From a virus, in the IMG/VR virus record IMGVR_UViG_3300020383_000006, positions 64,001-128,000 of that record: 64,000 nt of DNA. One strand, given 5' to 3'. Every line of letters begins with the position of its first letter. Within the stretch, counting starts at the first letter, position 1. The notes beneath the pieces are model-generated. The model was not told where the DNA came from, did no database searches, and saw nothing but the letters and a program-made list of their open reading frames with translations. Below, one piece after another: positions 7,413 to 16,333 of the stretch. Position numbers and translations under genes: made by a program.

Positions 7413-9980
7413 ATGATATATACCTATTACCGCCAGCTTGGTAATAAAATCCTACTTAGATATATTGATGAAGAAGGTGAAACCCATTCCAAAAAAATTG
7501 ATTTTTATAAACCGAAACTATACTTGAGAAGCGAAAAAGAATGTTCCCATCGTTCAATTTATGGGGAACCGTTGCGTGAAGTCGAATTTCCTGACATTAA
7601 TGCGGCAAAACAATTTGCTGAAGAACACAAGTATATTCCTGAAATCGGTTTGAACGGCAATTCAAATTATGCAAACCAATTCATTATTGAAGTTTTTGAT
7701 GGAAAAACGCCTAAGTTTGATATCAATACCTTTAATATCGGTATGTTTGATATCGAGGTTGATGCTGATGAATTTCCTTTACCTGAAGAAGCCAAATATG
7801 TGGTTAATGCTTTCTCACTCTACTCTAGTAAGGAAAACAAGTTCTATGCTAGGGCTATACCTCATAAACCTGAAGATAATTGGTCTAAGGATGCTTCAGA
7901 AGAGGATGAAATCAAAAAATTAGATATTGATTTCAAACTTTGTCAAGATGAAACTGAATTGTTGATGGAATTTTTGACGTTGGTTTCTTCGGGAGATTAC
8001 CATATTATTTCAGGATGGAACTCACAAGGCTTTGACGTTCCTTACTTAGTAAACCGTTGCAGTAAAATCGTCGGTGAAAAAACCACAAGGAAAATGCTTT
8101 CCCCGTTTAATAAAATTGATGAACGTGAAAGTATTGATAACTACGGCAAAAAGAAAGTCAAATATATTTTGAGCGGTTTGCCTCACCTTGATTTCATGGA
8201 TTTATATAAGAAACACGTTTTTACACCAAGGGAATCATATAAACTTGATTTCATTGCTTCCGAAGAATTGGGTGAAAATAAAATTGAATATGAAGATACG
8301 CTTCATGATTTGTATCGTGAAAACTTTCAGAAGTTTGTAGATTACAATATTCAAGATAGTAATCTAATTAAGCGACTAGATGACAAACTCGGATTATTTC
8401 AATTGACGCTTTCTTTGGCTTATATTTCTTTATCTAATTTTGAAGATACAATGGGTACGGTTAAAATTTGGGAACAATTAGTTGCTAAATTTTTGTATCA
8501 AAAAGGGAATAAAGTTCCGTTATTCAGGAAAGAAGCGATAACTGATGAACGTGATTTTGAAGGCGCTTTCGTTAAAGAACCTGTTCCTGGGTTTTATAAT
8601 TGGATAGTGAGCTTTGACTTAAATTCACTTTACCCGCATATCGAACAACAATGGAATATCGGTCCAGAAACGCTAGTTCCTTATGACCAATTACCTAGTG
8701 AATTAAAAGAAATCGTTGATAACTATACGTTCAATGATATTTTAGACATGAAAGTTAACATAAAACCGTTATTAGAAAAACATAATTTAACAATGGCGGC
8801 AAACTTTGAATTTTACAAGATTGATGAAATGTCATTCTTTTCTGAGATTAAACGTGAGTTGTATAGTGAACGTAAAGTACATAAAAAAGCAATGCTTGGT
8901 TATGAACAGAAAAAGGTAGATGCTGAATCAAGTTCAGAACAATTCAAGTATGAATCACTTGAATCTTCAGAAAATTCTATGCAAATGGGATTAAAAATCT
9001 TGCTCAACGGAGGCTACGGAGCCCTTGGCAATACGTCTTTTCTTTACTATAAGGTTGAGAATGCTGAAGCGATTACGTTATCCGGTCAATACGTTAACAA
9101 GTATGTTTCTCAGAAAATTGAAACGTTCTTACAAAAATTATTTTCTTCAGAAAAACGTTATTGGGTTTACTCTGATACGGATTCAGCGTATCTTACTATT
9201 GAAGATTTTGTTAATACGTTAGATGGTTCTAAAGGGGTTGAGTATCTAGTAGAACAAACTGATCGTTTCTGTGAAGATGTTATTTCACCTGAAATTAAAA
9301 AGTTGTGTGATGAAATTTGCGAGTACATGAATTGTTATGAACAACGCATGTTCTGGGAACGTGAAGTTATTTCTAATGTAGCTGTTTGGGTTGCTAAGAA
9401 AAAATATGTAATGTCGGTTCTTGATTCAGAAGGAACGAAATATTACAAAGAGCCCAAAATTAAAATCATGGGTATGGAGTCCGTAAAATCTTCAACCCCA
9501 GGATGGGCTAGGGTGGCTCTTAAAAGTTGCTATAAATCCTGTTTAGGGAAGGATAAGAGTGATTTTTATTCATTGTTGAGTGATATCACTGATTCTTATT
9601 ACAATAAACAACCAAATGAAATTGCTATTCCAACCAAAGTAAACGGATTAGAAAAATACCATGATCCTGAAAAAATATTCGCTAAGGGTGCACAGGCTCA
9701 TGTTAAAGCGGCTCTGTTCCATAATTACGTTTTGGAACAACAAGAATATAAACATATCGGCAAAATTAATAGCGGAGATAGTATTAAATACGTTATACTG
9801 AAAGAACCGAACCCAACTGGATTCCCTGTTATCGGTTTTGATACTTACCTTCCTAAAGAATTTAATGTTGAGGATTATATTGATAAAGACACTATGTTTG
9901 AAAAATCATTTATGTCTGCATTAAGAATATTCCTAAATGCTATTAAATGGGAAGAAGAAGAACAAGTCAGTTTATTTTAA
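7413..9980 (+). CDS. 43: Family B DNA polymerase, T4 gp43-like
   Basis: FDIEV, GWNSQGFDVPY, YNIQD exonuclease motifs; SFDLNSLYP, KILLNGGYGALG, YSDTDS, KKKY, MGMESVKSSTP. Confidence 0.97.
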   Translation: MIYTYYRQLGNKILLRYIDEEGETHSKKIDFYKPKLYLRSEKECSHRSIYGEPLREVEFPDINAAKQFAEEHKYIPEIGLNGNSNYANQFIIEVFDGKTPKFDINTFNIGMFDIEVDADEFPLPEEAKYVVNAFSLYSSKENKFYARAIPHKPEDNWSKDASEEDEIKKLDIDFKLCQDETELLMEFLTLVSSGDYHIISGWNSQGFDVPYLVNRCSKIVGEKTTRKMLSPFNKIDERESIDNYGKKKVKYILSGLPHLDFMDLYKKHVFTPRESYKLDFIASEELGENKIEYEDTLHDLYRENFQKFVDYNIQDSNLIKRLDDKLGLFQLTLSLAYISLSNFEDTMGTVKIWEQLVAKFLYQKGNKVPLFRKEAITDERDFEGAFVKEPVPGFYNWIVSFDLNSLYPHIEQQWNIGPETLVPYDQLPSELKEIVDNYTFNDILDMKVNIKPLLEKHNLTMAANFEFYKIDEMSFFSEIKRELYSERKVHKKAMLGYEQKKVDAESSSEQFKYESLESSENSMQMGLKILLNGGYGALGNTSFLYYKVENAEAITLSGQYVNKYVSQKIETFLQKLFSSEKRYWVYSDTDSAYLTIEDFVNTLDGSKGVEYLVEQTDRFCEDVISPEIKKLCDEICEYMNCYEQRMFWEREVISNVAVWVAKKKYVMSVLDSEGTKYYKEPKIKIMGMESVKSSTPGWARVALKSCYKSCLGKDKSDFYSLLSDITDSYYNKQPNEIAIPTKVNGLEKYHDPEKIFAKGAQAHVKAALFHNYVLEQQEYKHIGKINSGDSIKYVILKEPNPTGFPVIGFDTYLPKEFNVEDYIDKDTMFEKSFMSALRIFLNAIKWEEEEQVSLF

Positions 9981-9998
9981 TAAAAGGTACATTTCTTT

Positions 9999-10544
9999 AT
10001 GTATGAGATATCAGTAAACGTGATGGATCCTAAAAACGTAGAAAACGTCCGGACTTTAGTTCTGGGCGTCCTCTATAAATTACAGGGTCAAGGTCATGAT
10101 ATAGGCAACGAATTCCCTTCCAAAGATAAATATAGGATTAATTTATATTCTGAAAAAGAAGAATCGCTAGAATTAGCGATACAAAAACTTTATGACCATA
10201 AACATTCTCCATTAAGAGGTCACGAAAAAGTTAAAAGTTTTGATTTAGAAATAGAAATATTGGAAGATGACGGTTACTTATTGAACTGTTTGTTTGAAGA
10301 AGAAAAAATTTTTAATCGTCGCTTAACTAATATGCTTTCTACTTCAGCATTTAACCATGAAAAAGATATTCAGGAATTGGAACAAAAAATAAAATCTATC
10401 AATGATTACCTAAGCAATAGCGGTATTATTCATTATAAGAATTTTATGGTACAGTTCATTGAAATGTTGGGTCATAATCAATTATTACCGAACACCGATT
10501 ACGTTAAAGAACGTATGTTTAATAGTAATGAAAACACGCATTAA
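9999..10544 (+). CDS. Hypothetical protein
   Basis: 181-aa ORF with SD AAGG, between gp43 and uvsX. Confidence 0.6.
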   Translation: MYEISVNVMDPKNVENVRTLVLGVLYKLQGQGHDIGNEFPSKDKYRINLYSEKEESLELAIQKLYDHKHSPLRGHEKVKSFDLEIEILEDDGYLLNCLFEEEKIFNRRLTNMLSTSAFNHEKDIQELEQKIKSINDYLSNSGIIHYKNFMVQFIEMLGHNQLLPNTDYVKERMFNSNENTH

Positions 10545-10555
10545 GGAACTTTAGT

Positions 10556-11515
10556 ATGTCTCTAGCTGAAAAATTTGCTAAAAACTCAAAATTGAAAGGT
10601 AGTGGAACGTTTTCTAAAACATTAGAAAAACCAGTGAAACTATATGACACTGGCGTACCAGCATTAAACCTTGCTTATAGCGGTGACCTATTTGGTGGAA
10701 CTAAATCAGGCGTTACTTGTATAGCAGGTAAATCAAAATCATTTAAAACGTTATTTGGGTTGATTGCTTGTAAAGCGTATATGGATGAACACCCTGACGC
10801 ATATATGTTATTTTATGATTCAGAAGGCGGTGCGTCGAAAGAATACTATGAACAAATTGGTATTGATACCGACCGAGTTATTTATCTACCTATCATGAAT
10901 ATTGAGGAACTAAAATTTGATTTAGTTCCTAAACTTGAAGAAATCAAAAAAGAACATGATGAAGCTAAAAAAGAAGAAGATAAACCAAGGTTCATCGTAT
11001 TCTGTGACTCAATCGGAAACTTAGCATCAATTAAAGAAGTAACTGATGCAATGAATGACAATTCAGCTACTGATATGGGTATCAGAGCTAAAACACTAAA
11101 AGCATTATTCCGTATCATGACACCTTATTTCAAGCGTTGTGAAATACAAATGATTGCTATTATGCACACGTATGATGAAATGGCTGCTATGGGTGCACCA
11201 AAACAAATTATGAGCGGTGGTTGTGTTACTGAAGGAACCCGTATTATGCTTGAAAACGGGGATTTTGTAGAAATACAAAATATCCAAGAAGGTGACATGG
11301 TAATGTCAAAAGAAGGTCCTAGAAAAGTAGACCATATTTGGGATCCTGAAACTCTTGAAGAAGGAAACCCAGAATGCTTGCGTTTAACTTTCGATGATGG
11401 ATATCAAGTAGAATGTTCCGAGAAACATAGATTCTTAGTTAAAAATGAAAACGGTGATGAAGAATGGGTTATGGCTAAGGATTTAACTGAAGGAATGGAC
11501 TTAATTTCTATTTAA
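10556..11515 (+). CDS. uvsX: UvsX recombinase N-terminal part (222 aa) fused to split-intein N-fragment (97 aa)
   Basis: DTGVPALNLAYSG, Walker A AGKSKSFKT, FYDSEGG, DSIGNLAS. After MSGG comes intein block A CVTEGTRIML and block B ECSEKHRF, then stop. Confidence 0.93.
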   Translation: MSLAEKFAKNSKLKGSGTFSKTLEKPVKLYDTGVPALNLAYSGDLFGGTKSGVTCIAGKSKSFKTLFGLIACKAYMDEHPDAYMLFYDSEGGASKEYYEQIGIDTDRVIYLPIMNIEELKFDLVPKLEEIKKEHDEAKKEEDKPRFIVFCDSIGNLASIKEVTDAMNDNSATDMGIRAKTLKALFRIMTPYFKRCEIQMIAIMHTYDEMAAMGAPKQIMSGGCVTEGTRIMLENGDFVEIQNIQEGDMVMSKEGPRKVDHIWDPETLEEGNPECLRLTFDDGYQVECSEKHRFLVKNENGDEEWVMAKDLTEGMDLISI

Positions 11516-11522
11516 TTTGAAT

Positions 11523-11583
11523 TTTAAACCTCTAGGATAATAAATACTTTATGCGAAGAGTACAAAAGTCCTAGAGGTTTAAA
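11523..11583 (+). promoter_or_regulatory. 15-bp inverted repeat sequestering the endonuclease RBS, with late promoter AATAAATA in the loop
   Basis: TTTAAACCTCTAGGA (11523-11537) pairs with TCCTAGAGGTTTAAA (11569-11583), which contains GAGG and the A of ATG; AATAAATA at 11539-11546. Confidence 0.8.
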
Positions 11584-12746
11584 TGAATATAGTTTATAAA
11601 ATAACTTTTTTAGATAGAAAAGAAAATAACATATACCCATATATCTATATAGGTTCTAAATCAAATTGTAATTTTGTTGATGGTAAAATTATAGATAGAA
11701 ACGGTAATAGTTATTATGGAAGTTCAACTTGGCCAAATTATTATGAAATAGTAAAAAAGGGTAATCTGAAAATTGAATTATTATTTCATTCAGAAAATTA
11801 TAATGAATGTTTAATGAAAGAAAAAGAATTACATTTAAAAGAAGATGTTGTAGCGAACCCTGAATATTTTAATAAGACAATAGCTTCTATAAGTAATTAC
11901 TCTGACCCTAGTTATGCAACTTATAAACATACATTATATGGTAAAATAGTTAGGTTGCCTAGAAACCATCCGTTAGTCGAAAACGGTACTTATGTTGGGG
12001 TTACAAAAGGGGATACAGTTAAACATTCAGGCAATGGTTCTAGGTTTGGAATGTTTAATTCTTTTTATGGAAAAACGCATAGTGAACAAACTAAACAAAA
12101 ATTAAGAGAACATAATTTAGGCAAAGTTCATTCTGAAGAATCAAGAAGAAAAATGTCTAAATCTAGGAAAGGTAAAAAGAAGACTAAAGAACACAAAGAA
12201 AAGATAGGTAGGAAAGGTATGGTTAATTTTGTTAACGTAAAAACAAAAGAAACCATTAGGGTGTATAGGGAAGAATTTGAGTTGAGGGATGACAAAAAAG
12301 ATTGGTTGACCCAAGCAAAATATAATTCTATCTATAACAAACCTGAAGAAATTATTTGTGAGTATTGTGGAATGAGCTTATCTCCTGGTAATTATTCTCG
12401 GTTTCATGGTAAAAATTGTTCTAAAGTAAAAGTCAGAGAATATAACCCATTCAAAAAATTACTGGAAGGTAAAGGGAAAAACAAAACTATTGAGGAGGTT
12501 CTTTATTTCTTTGATGAGATTGTAAATTTTTTAAAAGAAAATAAAAAGCCTGAAAATATGAGTAGTAAAAGGTATTCATTAGAAGTTTTAATACCTTTTA
12601 CAAAAAATAAATTCGGTGATGTAGAACCCTTTTACGCTGTGATAAAAAGAGTATATAATTCATTTCGAGAAGGGAAAATTGGTGAAGAGACATTTTCATA
12701 TTTCTATAAATGGAAACAAAAGGTAGATTTTAATGCTATTAAGTAA
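11583..12746 (+). CDS. GIY-YIG homing endonuclease (Seg-like) with NUMOD3 repeats and zinc finger
   Basis: IVY...YIYIGSK, YYGSS, EYFNK; FYGKTHSEQTKQKL / GKVHSEESRRKMS; CEYCG...HGKNC. Visibly more AT-rich than its flanks. Confidence 0.88.
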   Translation: MNIVYKITFLDRKENNIYPYIYIGSKSNCNFVDGKIIDRNGNSYYGSSTWPNYYEIVKKGNLKIELLFHSENYNECLMKEKELHLKEDVVANPEYFNKTIASISNYSDPSYATYKHTLYGKIVRLPRNHPLVENGTYVGVTKGDTVKHSGNGSRFGMFNSFYGKTHSEQTKQKLREHNLGKVHSEESRRKMSKSRKGKKKTKEHKEKIGRKGMVNFVNVKTKETIRVYREEFELRDDKKDWLTQAKYNSIYNKPEEIICEYCGMSLSPGNYSRFHGKNCSKVKVREYNPFKKLLEGKGKNKTIEEVLYFFDEIVNFLKENKKPENMSSKRYSLEVLIPFTKNKFGDVEPFYAVIKRVYNSFREGKIGEETFSYFYKWKQKVDFNAIK

Positions 12747-13293
12747 AATTGAAAAAATTGGTAAGCGTCCTGTTTTCGACATATCCGTTAATGGTTCACA
12801 AAATTATGTTTTAGAGAACGGGGTTATAAGTCATAATACCGGACCACTATATTCCTCAGACCAAGTTTTCATCGTTCGCAAGCGCCAAATCAAAGAAGGC
12901 AAAGAAATTATTGGTTGGGAATTTATTCTTGATATTGAAAAATCAAGAACGATTCGCGAAAAATCATCAATCCCATTTGAAGTGAAATACGGGGAAGGAT
13001 TAAATCGTTTTTCTGCTCTACTTGACTTAGCTATTGCTTCGGGTCACGTGATTAAACCTAAGATGGGTTGGTATTCTCGTGCTAACGTAGAAGATGATAA
13101 AAATTGGCGTAGAAAAGAAACTTCTTCAGATGAATTTTGGGATCCTATTCTTAATGACCAAACGTTTGTCGATGCCGTTAAAAATATGTATCGTTTGGAT
13201 GGTGGCGACCCAATTCTACAAAAGAAACTTGATAATTTAGTTCAAGATGAAGATTTTGACCCTGAAACAGGTGAAATCTTCGATAAAGAATAA
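12733..13293 (+). CDS. uvsX: Split-intein C-fragment (35 aa) fused to UvsX C-terminal part (151 aa)
   Basis: VFDISV (block F), NYVLENGVISHN|T (block G), then TGPLYSSDQVFIVRKRQIKEG, EKSRTIREKS, KPKMGWY. Has its own SD (AAGGT). Confidence 0.93.
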   Translation: MLLSKIEKIGKRPVFDISVNGSQNYVLENGVISHNTGPLYSSDQVFIVRKRQIKEGKEIIGWEFILDIEKSRTIREKSSIPFEVKYGEGLNRFSALLDLAIASGHVIKPKMGWYSRANVEDDKNWRRKETSSDEFWDPILNDQTFVDAVKNMYRLDGGDPILQKKLDNLVQDEDFDPETGEIFDKE

Positions 13294-13299
13294 ATAAAT

Positions 13300-13338
13300 C
13301 ACTTTTAATGAAATGGGCGGTAGGTTAAACTATCGCCC
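13300..13338 (+). promoter_or_regulatory. Hairpin plus putative promoter upstream of gp41
   Basis: CACTTTTAA...TAAACT with the same spacing as upstream of gp43; stem GGGCGGTAG/CTATCGCCC. Confidence 0.45.
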
Positions 13339-13371
13339 TCTAACTATAATAATGAGCGCGAAGGATGATTA

Positions 13372-14778
13372 ATGGTTTCTTTTGAAGACACTCTGTTTAA
13401 ATCTCTTTTGTATGATAGCAATTATGTTAGAAAAGTTTTACCGTACCTTGATGATTCATATTTTGACGGTAGCAGAAAAACATTATTCAATATCTACAAA
13501 AATTTATTTGATGAGTATAATGAAGTCCCGACCCTTGAAGCAATAGGCGTAGTCTTACAAAAAAGTCCAGTCGGGGAATCTGAATTTGAGGAAATTGCTG
13601 AACTACTTACAACATGCCATAAAAATAGAAAAGATTTACCAAATACAGAATTCCTAGTTAAGGAAACTGAAGAGTATTGTAGAGATAAAAAATTATACGA
13701 TTCAATTTACCAATCCATTTCGATTTTAGAAGATGAAAAGTCAAACAAAAATTCTATACCTGATTTATTAGAAGATGCGTTGTCTATATCGTTTGACACT
13801 TCTATTGGTATGGATTTTTTCGAAGATGCGGAAAAGCGATATGAAGCCTATACAGCTGAAGACGCAAGAATTCCTTTTCCACTTAACGCATTAAACCGTT
13901 TATCCAATGGCGGTCACAAAAAGAAGTCATTGAGTTGCGTGTTAGCAGGAACAAACACGGGTAAATCTGCTCTTATGTGTTATCTTTGTGGTGAGTTTTT
14001 AAGAAGAGGATTAAATGTACTGTATATTTCTTTAGAAATGGCTGAAGAGGATGTTCAAGAACGTATTGAAGCTAACTTACTGAACGTTTCTACTGATGAA
14101 CTTAAAAAGTTGACTAAAGAACAGTACATGGGTAAAATTAGGAATTTACAAAGTAAAACAAACGGCAAATTTGTTGCTAAAGAATACCCTACCTCGGCTG
14201 GTCACGTTGGTCATTTTAGACACTTGATAAAAGAACTGAAACAAAAGAAAAAGTTTGAACCTGATTTCATATTTGTAGATTACATTAATATTTGCGCATC
14301 TTATCGTATTAGTGCCCAAGGTAGTAACTCATACAGTTACATTAAGGCGATTGCCGAAGAACTGCGTGGATTGTCTATGGAAATGAATACGCCTATTATG
14401 ACGGCAACTCAGGTTAATCGAAGCGGTATGGATAAATCACCTGAAATGACTGATACTTCAGATTCATTCGGTTTGCCTATGTCACTTGATTTCTTTATAT
14501 CATTGTCCCAAAATGAGGTTCACCAAGAAAACGGTCAACAATTAATCAATTGTATAAAAACCCGTTGGGGTAACAAATCAAAAATTAAACCTGAGTTAGT
14601 TAATATTGATTGGGATAAAATGCGATATAGTGATATTGATAGCGCAACTTCGGTTGCTTCTAAAGTAGGCAACAATAAGCCTAAAACAAGCAAAGGTTCT
14701 AATGAGAGTTCTACTGGCAGTTCATTGAGAGATAAAAAGAAACGTAAAGGTTCTTCAGCAGAATTTCAATGGGAATAG
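13372..14778 (+). CDS. 41: Replicative DnaB-like helicase, T4 gp41-like
   Basis: Walker A AGTNTGKS, YISLEMAEE, KEYPT, VDYINIC, KAIAEELRGL, TATQVNRSG. Confidence 0.95.
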   Translation: MVSFEDTLFKSLLYDSNYVRKVLPYLDDSYFDGSRKTLFNIYKNLFDEYNEVPTLEAIGVVLQKSPVGESEFEEIAELLTTCHKNRKDLPNTEFLVKETEEYCRDKKLYDSIYQSISILEDEKSNKNSIPDLLEDALSISFDTSIGMDFFEDAEKRYEAYTAEDARIPFPLNALNRLSNGGHKKKSLSCVLAGTNTGKSALMCYLCGEFLRRGLNVLYISLEMAEEDVQERIEANLLNVSTDELKKLTKEQYMGKIRNLQSKTNGKFVAKEYPTSAGHVGHFRHLIKELKQKKKFEPDFIFVDYINICASYRISAQGSNSYSYIKAIAEELRGLSMEMNTPIMTATQVNRSGMDKSPEMTDTSDSFGLPMSLDFFISLSQNEVHQENGQQLINCIKTRWGNKSKIKPELVNIDWDKMRYSDIDSATSVASKVGNNKPKTSKGSNESSTGSSLRDKKKRKGSSAEFQWE

Positions 14779-14889
14779 GTTATAAAAACTTGTTCCTTTA
14801 TAACTAATCGTTATTATACTTTTATCATTTGTTTTATTATAATGAATTCAAGTTAAGGAATTAATCTCAAACCTGAGGAAGTTTATATT

Positions 14890-15108
14890 ATGAAAAACCC
14901 GTACCCATTTCTTCTTTCTTTCAAAAAGAAATTTACCCGTGATGCTACTCTTTACAAGAAAGGCGAAGTATCTAAAGAACAACAAATTGGTATGGTTAGT
15001 ATTGAAGAAGCAGAACGCTATATTGATGTGGTTAATAACCAAAATGAAATGGGTAATCTAGAATATAAAATTGAAGATTATACTATCGTAGAAAAAGAGG
15101 AAGCTTAA
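14890..15108 (+). CDS. Hypothetical protein
   Basis: 72-aa ORF with SD GAGG; TATACT/TATAAT-like elements upstream. Confidence 0.65.
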   Translation: MKNPYPFLLSFKKKFTRDATLYKKGEVSKEQQIGMVSIEEAERYIDVVNNQNEMGNLEYKIEDYTIVEKEEA

Positions 15109-15112
15109 GATT

Positions 15113-15310
15113 ATGAAAAATAATCTAACCAGTGAAGAAATTGAATTGATTTATGAAGGTACTTGCAGAACCCGTCGTTCCGTTAACGATCAAGGTGAAA
15201 AATGTATTTCCTACTTCAAACCAGGACATGGAAATATTACTTCCCCAATTAATGAATTACCTTCAACGGTGTATAATCGTCGATTAAACTTATTAAGGAA
15301 TTCTGATTAA
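15113..15310 (+). CDS. Hypothetical protein
   Basis: 65-aa ORF with SD GAGG, tightly packed with its neighbours. Confidence 0.6.
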   Translation: MKNNLTSEEIELIYEGTCRTRRSVNDQGEKCISYFKPGHGNITSPINELPSTVYNRRLNLLRNSD

Positions 15311-16014
15311 TGGATATTTCCGAGTTGGAAGGGATCACCTTACCAAATTTAGTTAAATTCAAATTTGAAGGTGACCCCGTTTCAGAAGAAACCGCTAAAG
15401 ATTTTATACTTAAAACTGACCCAAGGCTTTTCTATAAAGAAGAGCTTTCTGGAATCATTAATGAGTTTTTACAGGAAAAATCGGGTTTCACTGAACCTCA
15501 AATTGATGCTTGGTTGAGGGATGACTTTTATGAGTTATCTGAACAAGAAAGGTTAAATCAGTTAGTAGATTTATCTGATTACCTAATGTCAGAGTACGGG
15601 ATAATTGAACTCAAAACTTTAGCCAGTAATTACATTTATTCTAAAGACGAAGAATACGGTGGTTATGGGTTAATAAACCCGAAAGGATTTATATTAGGAG
15701 AATTTCATTTAGGTAGTGAACATTCTTTTGACATTTATGACGTTCATGGTGACTTAGTAAAAATTGTATCTAATTTTAACCTAGATTTTAAACTGAGCCT
15801 TTACAATGAAGATGAATCTACTTTGTACGGAACTTTTATTTGTTCAGGGGATAGTATTGAGTTTGAACCAAATTTAAATCCAGTTATTGTCGATACTGGT
15901 CGAAGTAAAGTTTACAACCAAGTTGATAATTTGGGCGTACCGAGTCCTTGGGTATCAGAAATGTTATATTGGATTCGTACTAGAATTAAAAGAACTTTGG
16001 GGATTAGGTTATGA
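15310..16014 (+). CDS. Hypothetical acidic protein
   Basis: 234-aa ORF; TAATG overlap with the previous gene. Confidence 0.65.
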   Translation: MDISELEGITLPNLVKFKFEGDPVSEETAKDFILKTDPRLFYKEELSGIINEFLQEKSGFTEPQIDAWLRDDFYELSEQERLNQLVDLSDYLMSEYGIIELKTLASNYIYSKDEEYGGYGLINPKGFILGEFHLGSEHSFDIYDVHGDLVKIVSNFNLDFKLSLYNEDESTLYGTFICSGDSIEFEPNLNPVIVDTGRSKVYNQVDNLGVPSPWVSEMLYWIRTRIKRTLGIRL

Positions 16015-16256
16015 ATAATTTTGACTTTGATTTACTTAAAGAAAAAGAACTTATTGTAGTTGAGCATTATGGTTCTTTACCTAGTAACCCAATTAAACGT
16101 TTTCTTTGTATGGTTAACAAAAAATACAAAGAAAAATATGTTACCTTGATTAAAGATGAAGAAGTTATTGTTCATGGCGAATACGTATTAATGAACCATA
16201 ACACAACCTTAAAGTTGATTGAAATCATTGAAAATAGCTTACCAGAAGAACGCTAA
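16011..16256 (+). CDS. Hypothetical protein
   Basis: 81-aa ORF; ATGA overlap. Confidence 0.6.
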   Translation: MNNFDFDLLKEKELIVVEHYGSLPSNPIKRFLCMVNKKYKEKYVTLIKDEEVIVHGEYVLMNHNTTLKLIEIIENSLPEER

Positions 16257-16333
16257 AGGTTTTTTATGGGTTATGGTAAGTAACCCTATTATTTTATTTT
16301 TATTATTGCTTAAAACATCTATGAGGAACTATT

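Larger units (their letters stand above)
11222..12837 (+). mobile_element. Split intein (IntN 11222-11512, IntC 12733-12837) with intervening free-standing homing endonuclease gene
   Basis: Cys1 codon TGT at 11222; IntC ends in His-Asn at 12837, followed by Thr+1. Removal rejoins MSGG|TGPLYSSD, matching T4 UvsX MGGGTGPMYSAD. Confidence 0.92.

Noticed and set aside
11222-12837. Group I intron interpretation of the uvsX interruption
   Set aside because: Both flanks are fully accounted for by intein-coding sequence. The only non-coding gap is 67 nt, too short for a ribozyme core, and IntC has its own SD and ATG.
10556-13293. uvsX as a pseudogene
   Set aside because: Both halves are intact and rejoin without loss, and the splicing residues (Cys1, block B His, His-Asn, Thr+1) are present.
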